64,000 nt of DNA, taken from IMG/VR virus record IMGVR_UViG_3300037805_000894. The stretch is one strand, 5' to 3'. The stretch is from a virus. The position numbers were made by a program, and so were the translations under genes. The notes beneath the pieces were generated by a model that worked only from the letters and a program-made list of their open reading frames with translations, had not been told where the DNA came from and searched no databases. This document shows, in pieces, positions 1-11,025 of this stretch. Within the stretch, counting starts at the first letter, position 1. Every line of letters begins with the position of its first letter.

Positions 1-124
1 TTCCAAGATACTTCCCACCCCCTAAGTCTCCTGCAATACACAAATAGTCTGCGTCAACTTTGTGGAATGTAAAGTCCTTATGTTCCAGATGAAGGTCTGA
101 CATTAAGTGTATTTTAGCAGTCAA
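1..124 (-). CDS. Calcineurin-like metallophosphoesterase, N-terminal part (runs off window start)
   Basis: Manual translation from TTG at 124: TAKIHLMSDLHLEHKDFTFHKVDADYLCIAGDLG. Has DxH and GD motifs; paralog of 56682-57455. Confidence 0.75.
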   Translation of the reverse strand, partial: MTAKIHLMSDLHLEHKDFTFHKVDADYLCIAGDLGGGKYLG

Positions 125-341
125 TGTCAATGTCCTCCTCAAGAGTAATCAATTTAGCAAGTGCAAATAGTACAGCGGGTTTTACTGTAATCAACTCTGA
201 GTCATATATGGTAGCAAGTAAATCTGATACGGCAATATTAAGTGCGCGTAAATTACACAGTCGAGAATCAATCTCGTCCGCTAGTTCTGGGAACTCATCA
301 TATTTGATTGCGTCCCGTAAATCTTTTACTCTGTATTTCAT
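114..341 (-). CDS. Hypothetical protein
   Basis: 75-aa ORF in a - strand gene run. Confidence 0.55.
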   Translation of the reverse strand: MKYRVKDLRDAIKYDEFPELADEIDSRLCNLRALNIAVSDLLATIYDSELITVKPAVLFALAKLITLEEDIDIDC

Positions 342-377
342 TTTAGAACCCCCAAAGGTCTTTAGAGCGAGGGTGCA

Positions 378-722
378 TTAACGAGCCTCCTCAATGCTTT
401 CTATAAACATTTTAAACATGCTTTCGTCGCCTTCGCGTACAGCAACTATTAATTGCGGAAGTATATCGACTGGAACATGTCCCAATACACCATCTTGTAA
501 CCAGACAAATTCTTTATCAGCATCTAAGATAGCGATTTCCATAGTGGCTGTCTGTTCTAAAAGTCTTAGGTTATTAGTGGTGGGATCAATTTCGCCGTTG
601 ATATCTTTATTCTCACAATCACAGCCTGTGCCATAACGGATAGACAAGGCGTAACCATTATCAAAATATAAAGTAAAGCCAGCGCGAATGCGGCATAAAG
701 TGGGTTGTAATTTAGTAGACAT
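378..722 (-). CDS. Hypothetical phage protein
   Basis: 114-aa ORF with GGAGG SD and an AGGTATAAA motif upstream (822-830). Confidence 0.65.
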   Translation of the reverse strand: MSTKLQPTLCRIRAGFTLYFDNGYALSIRYGTGCDCENKDINGEIDPTTNNLRLLEQTATMEIAILDADKEFVWLQDGVLGHVPVDILPQLIVAVREGDESMFKMFIESIEEAR

Positions 723-894
723 GATCCTCCAGATCGTTAGGGTAGGTTGTATCTATGTAAGCTCTGTGTATAACGAAGCGAAAAAAGAAGTGTAGCATTT
801 ACGCTAATTAGCGTACAGTACTTTATACCTATTTTTATGTTCATATTTCCAAAAGGGCTACACTCTATATATAATAAGTACACATAGGTTATTT

Positions 895-1476
895 ATGAGC
901 AACCATAAAATAGAGCAGTTCGATGGTACCACCATGCGTGGGCATGTTACCCTTACCCAATACGATGGGATAAGGGACCACAAAACATTACTGAGTCTTC
1001 ATGAAGGTAAGAAGAAACAACCTGAAGGTATTGTTTTAGTCGAAAAAAAGAATCTTATTGTCAAAACAGGGAAAATGCTTATGGCGCACTTGCTGGGCAA
1101 TGATCCTTTAGCTGCCCCTATTCGCTATATTGCTTTTGGTTCTGGAGCGGCAGCCACTAATCATATCCCAGACTCAGACGACTTTAAATTGATAACAGAA
1201 GAATTCAGAGAGCCTGTTCAGTATGAATATAATGATGGCGCTCCACATTACTCTGTAACCTTCACGGCAGCCGCCTTGGCTGATGACCATGTAGAAACTG
1301 AAGTTATCTCTGAAATAGGTTTATGCGTTAATCCCGTACAGGCTACTCCAACAGCTAATACGCTGGACCTATTCTCTTATATAACTTTTCCAGAGATATT
1401 CTTCAACGCTAACGCTCCTGTATCTATGGGGTTAGTTGTAGATTGGGAAATCGTTTTCGAAGTAATCGGAAATTAA
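895..1476 (+). CDS. Putative baseplate/tail-collar structural protein
   Basis: KNLIVKTG...IRYIAFGSG...ISEIGL pattern, typical of phage tail-fibre attachment/baseplate proteins. Confidence 0.55.
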   Translation: MSNHKIEQFDGTTMRGHVTLTQYDGIRDHKTLLSLHEGKKKQPEGIVLVEKKNLIVKTGKMLMAHLLGNDPLAAPIRYIAFGSGAAATNHIPDSDDFKLITEEFREPVQYEYNDGAPHYSVTFTAAALADDHVETEVISEIGLCVNPVQATPTANTLDLFSYITFPEIFFNANAPVSMGLVVDWEIVFEVIGN

Positions 1477-1480
1477 TAAT

Positions 1481-2068
1481 ATGAATAACAAATTAAAAGA
1501 ATACTTAACAGAAGTTGCTTTGGAAAAAGAGGCTAATATGCTTACAGAAAGTGTCCAAGCCGTTACGCGTGGCGTAGGTAGGGGTGTTCAGAAAGCAGGT
1601 CGAGCTATTAAGCGAAGCGGTAAAGCGCCTACAAGTACAGTAAGCAAGAGTAAGGGTGCCGTACAGTCGAGAGGCTTTGGCCGTTACAGGTCTGCTGGAG
1701 GCAAGAACTATAGAAGTAAACATGAAGCTACTATGGCTACTATTAGAACTGGCAAGAAAGCTGGTGTACCTAAACCAGCACCGAGCGCTGCACCTAAACC
1801 AGCACCGGAACCTTCTCAGGTGAGGAGCGCTAATACGCGTTTAAAAAGTAAAAATGCTGAGTTAGCGAAGAGAGAGAAGCGTGCTCGAGACGTAGCAGCC
1901 AAAGCTAATAAGGGAAAAAGAGGAGCAGTCCAAGCAGCTAAGACAAGTAAGGAAATAGCTATTGGTACAGGCGCTGTAGGCGCAGCTGGTATAGGTGGTA
2001 CGCATCTTTATCATAAAAATAAAGAAAAGCAATTAAAGAAAGTAGCTGAATATTTGAATAAATTTTAA
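1481..2068 (+). CDS. Basic, putatively virion-internal protein
   Basis: Very K/R-rich, PAP linker, C-terminal Gly-rich hydrophobic segment, EKEA/KKVA motifs. Confidence 0.5.
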   Translation: MNNKLKEYLTEVALEKEANMLTESVQAVTRGVGRGVQKAGRAIKRSGKAPTSTVSKSKGAVQSRGFGRYRSAGGKNYRSKHEATMATIRTGKKAGVPKPAPSAAPKPAPEPSQVRSANTRLKSKNAELAKREKRARDVAAKANKGKRGAVQAAKTSKEIAIGTGAVGAAGIGGTHLYHKNKEKQLKKVAEYLNKF

Positions 2069-2733
2069 TGCTTTCTGAACTACAACGCGCTCGTTTAATG
2101 TCTACTGGGCTGGCGGCTGTTACTGCCCTACAGCCTTCTGGCATGTTGACAGGCGAAGCGGCTGGTATAGATGCTTATGGAGCTAGAAAGCTCCAAACTA
2201 GTCATGGAGCTAGACTGGGACATATGGGCGGAGGGGCTTTAGGAACAGTTAATTTAGTGCGCTCTCTTGTGGCAGGCGTCAAAAATAGAACGTTAAAACC
2301 GAAAGATCTGCTAACTTTAAAGGGCTTGGGTAAATTATACTTAACTCGTTATGCGCCTTTTCAAGTAGCTGGAGCCGCTACGGGAGCTTATTGGTGGCAT
2401 GGAGGGCATGATGTGGCTAAAGAAAGAAAAGAAGAATTAGATGCGTTAAAAAGACAGATTTTATTAGACGCTTCTGTTAGGGCTGCTGTTAGTAAAAATG
2501 AAAGAAGACGTAAACATATAAAAGAACATGAACTATCAGAAGAGAAGACTGCTTCCTTGTTTATAAAACCAGAACAAGCTTTTGTAAAAACATCCGCGTT
2601 GCCTAACTTGTTAAAAACCCTAAAAAAGGCTAAAGAAGAAGGCGCGCCTATAGATCCAGCCAAAGAGAGAGCTTTAAAGATTTTAAATAAAGGACTAAAG
2701 GAAGCAGACAGAAAGGAACAGCAAAGAGGGTAG
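2068..2733 (+). CDS. Hypothetical (putative virion) protein with glycine-rich hydrophobic segments
   Basis: Translationally coupled (TAATG); EKTAS and VKTS motifs. Confidence 0.5.
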   Translation: MLSELQRARLMSTGLAAVTALQPSGMLTGEAAGIDAYGARKLQTSHGARLGHMGGGALGTVNLVRSLVAGVKNRTLKPKDLLTLKGLGKLYLTRYAPFQVAGAATGAYWWHGGHDVAKERKEELDALKRQILLDASVRAAVSKNERRRKHIKEHELSEEKTASLFIKPEQAFVKTSALPNLLKTLKKAKEEGAPIDPAKERALKILNKGLKEADRKEQQRG

Positions 2734-2734
2734 C

Positions 2735-3409
2735 ATGGTTTTTCAGGAACGTAAGAGTAGGGATACGGGATTAAAGCGTATGGTAGATACAAGCGGTGCG
2801 TCTTATAAAGAGCATTTTGAAGAGTTTATTACTCGCAGGGGCTTCACTAACGTTAAGAGTTATGTAAGAGCTGCGAGAAGCACAGCAAAAAGCGCTCCAA
2901 AGGTTATTGGAAATGAGCCTACTAAAACTGCAGCTTTTATGTCTTATTTCTCTAAGTTTTGTCCAGGTCGCTCCCCGAAGAATATAGACTATCGTATAGG
3001 CAAAGCGATTAAAAAAATGGGTGCCGGCGCAAAAAACACGCGCCTGATAAAGGTAGCAACAGAGATTTTGTATGAAGACGTGAAACACCCTCTTAGCCCA
3101 AAAGCACTAAGCCAGCAGTTTGGAATAGGGGCTGTGGCAGGTGCAACTTTGGGAGCTATAAAAGGAGGCGTAGGCCGCGCTTTCGGTACCAAAGGGTTTC
3201 GGCGGAAAGTAGTGGAAGGTGCTGCTGTTGGTGGCACTACCGCTTCTTTAATAGGCGCCTCTAGCAGACTCCAGAAACAAAGAGTTAATTCGTTGCTTGA
3301 GAATAAACGTATAACTAAAGCGAACCTTGTAAAACAGTTAAATGAAAAAGCCAAGAATAGAGAATTGGTCGCTCCTATTACTTTACTACATAAAATAAAA
3401 GTTAACTAA
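2735..3409 (+). CDS. Basic hypothetical (putative virion) protein
   Basis: Coupled ORF; glycine-zipper-like segments; TKTAA and IKVA motifs. Confidence 0.5.
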   Translation: MVFQERKSRDTGLKRMVDTSGASYKEHFEEFITRRGFTNVKSYVRAARSTAKSAPKVIGNEPTKTAAFMSYFSKFCPGRSPKNIDYRIGKAIKKMGAGAKNTRLIKVATEILYEDVKHPLSPKALSQQFGIGAVAGATLGAIKGGVGRAFGTKGFRRKVVEGAAVGGTTASLIGASSRLQKQRVNSLLENKRITKANLVKQLNEKAKNRELVAPITLLHKIKVN

Positions 3410-3722
3410 ATATGTATTTAAATAACTTTGGATTTAAACCATGAAGAACTTGAAGCATATTGCTAGTAGTAGATACTAGTTGTTCATTTTTTATCCTAGG
3501 CAGGCTGTCTGCACCAAGCGCAAAGACTTCGTAACCTACATGCAGTATCTCATGCAATAGGGTACCTTTATAATCTGCTTCTAATTGATTTTTATGGATA
3601 CCTATAGTATGCGTAGCCATATCCGTGTACCCATAAGCGCCATAATCTGTTAAGTCTTCATGTATTATTTTAAATGTTTTATAGCCCACTTTTAGAATCA
3701 TCGGGTGGTGTTTATTTGTCAT
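3402..3722 (-). CDS. Small HEXXH zinc metallopeptidase-like protein (ImmA/IrrE-like)
   Basis: TLLHEILH motif; TGGTATAAT 5 nt before ATG. Confidence 0.7.
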   Translation of the reverse strand: MTNKHHPMILKVGYKTFKIIHEDLTDYGAYGYTDMATHTIGIHKNQLEADYKGTLLHEILHVGYEVFALGADSLPRIKNEQLVSTTSNMLQVLHGLNPKLFKYIFS

Positions 3723-3796
3723 AATTTATTATACCAAAGATACTGACTAAATATACAGATATGCATTAACAGACTAAAAATAATACAATATGAATT

Positions 3797-6700
3797 ATGG
3801 CAGAGATTCCAAAAGGATTATACGCAAAAAGCTTTTATTACAATGAACCCCTCGTGTCAGATGCCTTATCTGCAGATGTACGCATGAGCATGGGTCAGGG
3901 TTTTAAACTGGATGGGTTTAGGCTTCTAGCCGTTCAGGAAGGCAACCAGGCAACCGTGACGGAAGGATGCACTTTACAGTTTTCAGCTGGTTCATTTGTA
4001 TCCAACGGCGTTGCGGTAGAGATTAAGGATTCTTTTAATTTAGATATTTCCCCAACGTTAGAGGTAGATCAGGCTCAGGCTGGTTTGCTTATATATGCCA
4101 GTACACTTAATTCTATAGAAACGAGCCCGGTCACTGTTGATTATAAACAATCGACTACTGAAGGCGTCAAGTTAGGTCCTACGGAAGTGTTGATAGGTGT
4201 TTTCTATCCTTCACCTATAACAGGTACTTATTTTGTAGAAGGTATAGCAGATGCTGTAGAAGAAGATGAACGAGATATTGACAAAAAGCATACATGGAGA
4301 TGGCTTCCAGCTCCTAGCGGAAAGATTAGTAGTTTTGCTGGTACTGGTAAAGATCTACATGCTCATTTTCTAGAGGTAGGTCCACAATGGACATTTAATT
4401 TAGATGAACCCACGACGACGGAGAATCTAATTTTCTCGATACGCGATGAGATAACCGCTTTAGACTGGGCATATCGTGTAGATATGGGTGTCCCATCAAA
4501 TGATGACCAGCATCATCTATTTTTTATTAATGGACGTTTATTAAGGGACGGAGCTGACTATATTAGAGAATCACCTGGTTCTTTAATCGTTTGGAGCAAA
4601 AAGAAAGCTGGAGGTCTCGATAATTCGATAACTTATACAGAAAATCCTTATTTCTCTTCTTCAAATGGTATAGAGTCTACTGAACTAACTTCGGGTTCTT
4701 TTTCTTCTCTATACAGTGAGAATATTCAATGGAGGTATGAGGTTGCTTTTAATGGCGAGGCTAACCCCACAATTGAGCTACCTGCAAACTATCATGAGGG
4801 CATGAAAGCTGGTTTAACAGACTACCTCGTGTTTACAAATGGGTTTTTGTTGCCACCAACACGTTATGATGTAGATACGAATACTGGGACCTTTACATTA
4901 AAGCCTAGGGTTGAGTTTGAAGCAGATGTCGATGGAAATGTTAGGTCCTGGTGGATTACGGAAGAAGCTTATTATAATGGCGGATTTGGTAAAGCTACCT
5001 CTATCAATACTTTAGATCAGGAACAAGTGATTAGTCATGTCTCAATAGTAGGCGTTACTGATTTAACAGGTATAGATGTTATCAATGCTGGCGTTGAGGC
5101 TCCAAAACACCAAAGTCACGGAACGATGAACAACACTGTTGAGGACATAAGAGGCTCATACAGCAATACAAAATATCTAGGCTATCAGGATTCCAACGAT
5201 ATGCAGGTATGGGTAAATGGTCGTCTTAGCTACCCAGAGCATTCATGGGCTAATGTTTCAACAGCTTCTTTTACAATGTACGACGTTGATTTTGCTACTA
5301 GTGAAAGTCGCCAGGCTTTTGTTAGTGAACCAGCTGTCGATAAGATAAAAGTCAGTCCCACACCTGCTAATATTATAGATACGCCATTAGGTGATTATTA
5401 TGAGCAGACTCTAGAACATGATATAGAAGAGTTTAATTCTCTTGTGTCTGTACGCTTCGCTTCTTCTGGTAAGCAGAAAGAGACTATTAATATAACCAGA
5501 AAAGCTTATTCGTTCGAAGAATTAACAGACCCCCCTGCTGCGGTTGGACGCGCTATTTTTAATTATCCTTATCATGGAAGCCCTCTTTTAGAGGAGGATA
5601 CCTATGCAGGTAATAAGGATCAAACAGGGAACAGTAGTGATCCTAGACATTTTAATCCTAATGGCCTACCACCGCAAGAATTTGTAGCTTCCAATATGGC
5701 CTTCAACCAAAATTACTTTGTTACAATTGATTCGTTGATGGGATTTACCTCTGATCCTACTTACACGGATTTTGGTTATATAATGCCGGGGTATGATGAA
5801 GAAAGTGGAAGGTGGCCTCAAAAAAATAAAAGTCTTTTCGCTACCATGGAAGTACATTTAATGTCTGATGTGCCTATGAATGTAGGCAAGGCCTTTATGC
5901 AGGCGAAAGAAATGCATCCAGATGGATTAATAGGTACTGATCCCACAGCCTCCCCTCCGAAAGGGCCTACTAATAAGACAATTAAAAGCTCTACGACTGG
6001 CCGTTATACAGATAAAGTAGATGTGGAGACGTTTTTCTCTGACCTTAATCCTATCTCTGATATGGCTTCGATCGATTCTTTCTTAAATAAATTTGCAGAG
6101 ACTTTTGGGTTCTACTTAGACAGAGGTGATGGGACAAGAGAAATTTTCAGAGACGCAGGTGTCCAATATTCTGAAGACGGTTTTAATGAAATAATTAAAT
6201 CTTTTGGTGGGCAAGTAAACGCAAACGCAAAAAAACTCTTTAACCTAACAGATACAGACAGTATAACTCAGGTAATGACTAAGATGTACGATGTGGATAT
6301 TGCTAGAGCGGGCTATGGGTGGGGTCTGGGCTATATGTGGTCTAATTCTTTTTTCAACATGGAAGATGGTATCGTTGAGCCTTATGAGTGGTCAAAAAGT
6401 AGAATTCTAAATGATCCATTAGGACAAGGCACCTCTCCAAGAGATGAGGTTGGTGGAAAGAGGTTTTTCTATGGTGACTATGGTGGATATGGTACACCAG
6501 ATAGAGGCTCTTTGGGTATTTGGAATAGGGAACGGATTCCAACATATAATTCAGCTGCTTATAGGAGTACTAACTATCATGAAACACGTTATAAGGACTT
6601 TCCTTATGGCAACGTAGAAGGGGGATATGATGCTGGTTTTTATACTGGGCATAAAGGCTTCTTGCGCCCAGATGAATACTCTGACAGAGATCAACAAGAG

Positions 6701-7570
6701 AATAAATCTAACATATGGAGCGGCACCGCCTTTTCGCAAGCTGATGCTTCTGGCATAATTTTAGACCCAGCGGGAGATCATACTAATAAGTGTTACCCGC
6801 ACAAGGGGGGCTTTACCTTGCGCGATGGCTATATTGATACCCACGAGGGAGCTACAGGTGTTCTAGAGGCAGGCTATTTAACAGGCTTTACTTATACAGA
6901 CAATTACAGAACCAACACTTATGCTACACAGGGGAGGGATGGTTGGCGGCGAGTTCACTACTCATTAGCAGATAGAACTTATATAAGTAAAAAAGGCGGA
7001 CGTAATAATTATCAAGTTCACATCAATCCCATAGGTCAAATATGGGCACCTGACGTACTAGTGCATGATCTTGAGCGCCCGGACGACCCCAGTTGTTGGG
7101 ATTCTTGTGATTGGGGAATGCTCGCCGCCTTTATTTTGGCGGGCATGGGTTTCATATTTGCTGTGCCTTATATACCCGGCTGGTTAACAATGTCGGAATT
7201 CGCCTTTTATGGAAACGCCGTCGGCGCCGGCTTCGCAGGAGCCGGCACACAGTTTGACTTTAATCAAGACACGGACGATATAAAACCTTTAGGCGCTTAT
7301 GTCTGTAGAACAAGCTCGGCCCGTCGCCTAACCTATTATCTGGAAGAAAAAAATGGTAAATTTGGTCTACGTCCTTTTGGTTTTAGCGGAAGTATTGATA
7401 TAAAAGGATACGAGCGGGGCTGTATAAAGTTTGACGATGGTAATGTCGGAAATTACTTTGGTTACGCTAATATACCTCTTCAATTTTTCGTATCGGGACC
7501 TTTAAAAACTATAACCCCTACTTACACTGGAGGGGGCTCAACAAAAGAAAATTTCTTTACTAAAACATGA
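3797..7570 (+). CDS. Large virion structural (tail/baseplate) protein
   Basis: 1257 aa, acidic, beta-rich, repeated (F/V)xNG motifs; paralog of the next gene. Confidence 0.55.
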   Translation: MAEIPKGLYAKSFYYNEPLVSDALSADVRMSMGQGFKLDGFRLLAVQEGNQATVTEGCTLQFSAGSFVSNGVAVEIKDSFNLDISPTLEVDQAQAGLLIYASTLNSIETSPVTVDYKQSTTEGVKLGPTEVLIGVFYPSPITGTYFVEGIADAVEEDERDIDKKHTWRWLPAPSGKISSFAGTGKDLHAHFLEVGPQWTFNLDEPTTTENLIFSIRDEITALDWAYRVDMGVPSNDDQHHLFFINGRLLRDGADYIRESPGSLIVWSKKKAGGLDNSITYTENPYFSSSNGIESTELTSGSFSSLYSENIQWRYEVAFNGEANPTIELPANYHEGMKAGLTDYLVFTNGFLLPPTRYDVDTNTGTFTLKPRVEFEADVDGNVRSWWITEEAYYNGGFGKATSINTLDQEQVISHVSIVGVTDLTGIDVINAGVEAPKHQSHGTMNNTVEDIRGSYSNTKYLGYQDSNDMQVWVNGRLSYPEHSWANVSTASFTMYDVDFATSESRQAFVSEPAVDKIKVSPTPANIIDTPLGDYYEQTLEHDIEEFNSLVSVRFASSGKQKETINITRKAYSFEELTDPPAAVGRAIFNYPYHGSPLLEEDTYAGNKDQTGNSSDPRHFNPNGLPPQEFVASNMAFNQNYFVTIDSLMGFTSDPTYTDFGYIMPGYDEESGRWPQKNKSLFATMEVHLMSDVPMNVGKAFMQAKEMHPDGLIGTDPTASPPKGPTNKTIKSSTTGRYTDKVDVETFFSDLNPISDMASIDSFLNKFAETFGFYLDRGDGTREIFRDAGVQYSEDGFNEIIKSFGGQVNANAKKLFNLTDTDSITQVMTKMYDVDIARAGYGWGLGYMWSNSFFNMEDGIVEPYEWSKSRILNDPLGQGTSPRDEVGGKRFFYGDYGGYGTPDRGSLGIWNRERIPTYNSAAYRSTNYHETRYKDFPYGNVEGGYDAGFYTGHKGFLRPDEYSDRDQQENKSNIWSGTAFSQADASGIILDPAGDHTNKCYPHKGGFTLRDGYIDTHEGATGVLEAGYLTGFTYTDNYRTNTYATQGRDGWRRVHYSLADRTYISKKGGRNNYQVHINPIGQIWAPDVLVHDLERPDDPSCWDSCDWGMLAAFILAGMGFIFAVPYIPGWLTMSEFAFYGNAVGAGFAGAGTQFDFNQDTDDIKPLGAYVCRTSSARRLTYYLEEKNGKFGLRPFGFSGSIDIKGYERGCIKFDDGNVGNYFGYANIPLQFFVSGPLKTITPTYTGGGSTKENFFTKT

Positions 7571-10488
7571 AAATTGACAAAACACTGATTTCAAAAAGTA
7601 TAGCGTATGGTTCTCGCTATACTTCAACTACTTTTAATGAGAATCATAAGGCGCTCTTTGGGAAGAATTTTGTAGTTTCTGGCTTTTCTCTTCTTGCTCT
7701 AGAAGAGGATAGTTTCGGTGCTCTACTCTTGCGGATAGGTCCGGGAATTTTCTGTTCTAATGGTATTTTTGTACGTATTACAGCTGATACTGAATTAAAC
7801 TATAGGGTTACGCCTACATCACCCAAGTTAATAGTTGGTCATACGTCTAACAATAAAGAAGATACACCTGTTTCTATTGATCTAATAGACCCCATGAGTG
7901 TAACAGAAGAAATGGCTATTATTGGCTACTATACGCCACCTTTTAAATTTACAGAAGGTGTCTCTACGGGAGTTTATAAGGACACAAGAAAACCCTTTTA
8001 TAAGCCAGCTTCACACACAGCTATCGATGAAATAGCTTCTGATGTAACTAGTGGCTTACGCACAGAATCCAATATGGCTTTTAAAGCTTATGAGAATCCT
8101 ACTCTTCTAAGCGGAGGCGCTAGTGGTTATAGACTGGAGGTATCTAGCATCTCTTTAATATCAGGCTCGCCCAATTTATTGGTTTTCTATCAAGGGGAGT
8201 TATTAGAAGAAAATACACATTTCTTTATTGAAAGTCCTGGTTCTCTAATTATTAGAGGGGGGATATCACTCTGCACTGTAAGTGATGGTGCACGCACATT
8301 TGAGGAATCATATACTCAATCATTCATTGACATATTATATTCCGAGGATTTTTATGCTACTCAAAAGATTTCTTTTAACTATAATGAGGGAGTCTCAGAA
8401 CCTAAATTCATGTTTGATAGGAGAGTTGCTTCGCAAGTACAGGAAGGTAAATTACAGCCTATAGTTTTTGCTAGGTCATCTGCAGGAGGCTATACCTTAC
8501 TGAGTGCGGATAGAGTAGAGGTAGCTTCAATGGGTACTATCGAAAGCGTTAAGGATGCTATACAGATTAAAGCACGCGAAAACTGGGGTCATGTGCAGAG
8601 TGGTTTTGTAACAGATAACTATAATGGACAAGCTATAACAGACCTTTTTATCGTTTTTGTACGCGGGCTAAGTAATAACGAACTACTCGTTCGTGTTATG
8701 GATGATCCTACAACAACTCTTACGGAGACAGATTATGACGCGCTTTTACCTATCGTGGATGGACACTCTAAGCATGCTGAACTCCCTTACTCCTATATGG
8801 CAACAACTACGCCTTATAAAGTAGAATCGGGGGAATTACAAGTTTTTGTAGATGGTAAATTAGCTCCTAGCGATCATTTTATCGCCAACAGATTAGATAT
8901 GCTTTCAACTACTACACCTATTCTAAATGAAGAAGGGGGTCAACGTTATGTTTATGATAAAAATAGTAGTGCTATAGAGATAGGGACTAATCCTATTGTG
9001 CAAGCGCGTGAGTTTGCCCACGCGCACGAAACCATCCCCTTTAGATCCATAAACGCTCTCAATTTTAGACCTTCTTACATGTTACCTAGAACTAAAGAAT
9101 TCCTTTATGGATCTAGAACTTTTGCTGGACTGGATGACGCTGTGAGTAAGCCTGGAATAGCCGAGGCACTTTTTAATGTAGATGAAGAAAGATATTTTGA
9201 TGATGCGGCCTCGACGTTTGAATTTGCAGACGTAGCTGGTACAGCTTTTAACGGTAATTATTTTGTAACATATGAGTCTTTGGCTGGTATAGGGGGTATT
9301 TCTACTAATGCAGACGCTTCTCTTTTTTCAACCTTAACTATGAGCGTGTCAATGTTCTATGATGTACCTCTTGGAGTGGGCGCATCTCTCGAGAATGCTA
9401 ATAAACTAAATTACTATACAGGTAGTCCTACAGAGGAAGGTGGCTGGTATCATGAAGGAAAGCTCGCGAAAGATGCGAATGGGGGATATTTAACAAACTC
9501 TTATGGTGTGTATACAGCTAATATTGATAAGGATGAATACTTTAGCGAAAATAATCCTATCGTCACCTATGCGGCTTTAGATGCTTACCTTCAGCCTTGG
9601 ATGGATTGTTTTGGGTTCTATGAGGCTCCGGAGGCACCCAGAGTACATAAAAGAGATGCCAACGTTACTTATGATGACGAGGGAACAATCGTAAAGAGTT
9701 TTTCCGATATGTTAACTGGCAATGTAACGCCAGGTGAGTCTTTAATTCAGGTTGTCAATAGAATTAGCGATGGCGTAGCTTCCGCTCATCAGCCTATTGG
9801 AACAGCGCATGGGTATGCCTTTGGAGGCTCTTTCGTTAATCTAACTTTAGGGGCTGTACAGAGAAGTCCCGGCCATCCTTTAAGTCACTTTCCTAGTGTA
9901 CCAGAATTTGAACAAGGTGTCTATTTTGGTAATACTGGTTTTGCGGACCCCTTTACACGTAACGAGGAGTATCAATCAGAGGCTTTAAAACAGTACTTTG
10001 CTGAACACCCCTCTGAGTGTCATGATGGTATTTTTAGCATCGCAGGGGCAGCAGATGCAGCGAATTTTGCTCATATAGGCTTTAAAAGTTTTACCATTAA
10101 TAATATAGTTGTAATTATATCACCAATTACATGGGCTCCTGAAGGACAAAATTTTAAAAACGACTATAGCCTAGGCATGGCTCAGTATACTTTTGATTAC
10201 ACAGTCCCCCTTTTGTCTGAACTGGCTTTACCGGTCTACCAGCCGCAGCGACGTAACGACCATAGTATTGACGAAGTAGATCATCATATAGGCTTTCATG
10301 TTATCTGTCGAACAGAGGCTGGAGGTAATTTAAACTACGGTGAGGCTAGGCACGGTTTAGTTTCTTGGAGTGCGTTTGGTCCTCTTGATCCCACTATTTC
10401 TGTACATAATCACACAAGAGAGTTAGATGGGATACAGACGCCAGATGAGGTTTTTTACAGAAAAGACTGGCATGACCTGGGGAGTTAG
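7567..10488 (+). CDS. Large virion structural protein, paralog of 3797-7570
   Basis: Collinear shared motifs (ESPGSLI, AFNxNYFVT, DVPxxVG, NPI, FGFY, RDAxVxY, WAP, CRT). Confidence 0.55.
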   Translation: MKIDKTLISKSIAYGSRYTSTTFNENHKALFGKNFVVSGFSLLALEEDSFGALLLRIGPGIFCSNGIFVRITADTELNYRVTPTSPKLIVGHTSNNKEDTPVSIDLIDPMSVTEEMAIIGYYTPPFKFTEGVSTGVYKDTRKPFYKPASHTAIDEIASDVTSGLRTESNMAFKAYENPTLLSGGASGYRLEVSSISLISGSPNLLVFYQGELLEENTHFFIESPGSLIIRGGISLCTVSDGARTFEESYTQSFIDILYSEDFYATQKISFNYNEGVSEPKFMFDRRVASQVQEGKLQPIVFARSSAGGYTLLSADRVEVASMGTIESVKDAIQIKARENWGHVQSGFVTDNYNGQAITDLFIVFVRGLSNNELLVRVMDDPTTTLTETDYDALLPIVDGHSKHAELPYSYMATTTPYKVESGELQVFVDGKLAPSDHFIANRLDMLSTTTPILNEEGGQRYVYDKNSSAIEIGTNPIVQAREFAHAHETIPFRSINALNFRPSYMLPRTKEFLYGSRTFAGLDDAVSKPGIAEALFNVDEERYFDDAASTFEFADVAGTAFNGNYFVTYESLAGIGGISTNADASLFSTLTMSVSMFYDVPLGVGASLENANKLNYYTGSPTEEGGWYHEGKLAKDANGGYLTNSYGVYTANIDKDEYFSENNPIVTYAALDAYLQPWMDCFGFYEAPEAPRVHKRDANVTYDDEGTIVKSFSDMLTGNVTPGESLIQVVNRISDGVASAHQPIGTAHGYAFGGSFVNLTLGAVQRSPGHPLSHFPSVPEFEQGVYFGNTGFADPFTRNEEYQSEALKQYFAEHPSECHDGIFSIAGAADAANFAHIGFKSFTINNIVVIISPITWAPEGQNFKNDYSLGMAQYTFDYTVPLLSELALPVYQPQRRNDHSIDEVDHHIGFHVICRTEAGGNLNYGEARHGLVSWSAFGPLDPTISVHNHTRELDGIQTPDEVFYRKDWHDLGS

Positions 10489-10503
10489 GCTACAATTAAA
10501 AAT

Positions 10504-11025
10504 ATGAAAGAGCAGACACTTATTACCGATATAAAGCAAGATACTTTATGGGTTAATCTCTTGGCGCAGAGTTTGGGTATAAATACGCTTTTTTCTAAAA
10601 TAGAAAAAGGTTTAACTGAGGTAGAGTTTTGCGATATAGTACATAAAAAGGGTGGCTATCTTACTGGACAACCTATTTTAGCTAAGGCACTTATGTTTCA
10701 GTATGCTACTCAAAGCCGTCCTACTATATACGAGACAACGCTAAACAATGGTGTTTCTACAGAGAAAACTTATATATTTAAGGATTGGACATGGGATACT
10801 GCACCACATGTAGACTGGTTTAAATTTTTAGATAAAAAATCACACGAATTCTTAATGGAGAAGTGGACTAAACTACATGACATGGTAATGTCTAGGTGTT
10901 TAACTACTAACATTAGGGATATCTTTTATTATTCTAAAAAAATAGAAAACTATGGTTTGTTCCTAACCCGTTTATATGATGCTAATAATAAAGTTTTAGC
11001 CATTTTAAAAGATGAACAAGAGTAG
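10504..11025 (+). CDS. Hypothetical protein
   Basis: 173-aa ORF; TACAAT 7 nt before ATG. Confidence 0.6.
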   Translation: MKEQTLITDIKQDTLWVNLLAQSLGINTLFSKIEKGLTEVEFCDIVHKKGGYLTGQPILAKALMFQYATQSRPTIYETTLNNGVSTEKTYIFKDWTWDTAPHVDWFKFLDKKSHEFLMEKWTKLHDMVMSRCLTTNIRDIFYYSKKIENYGLFLTRLYDANNKVLAILKDEQE

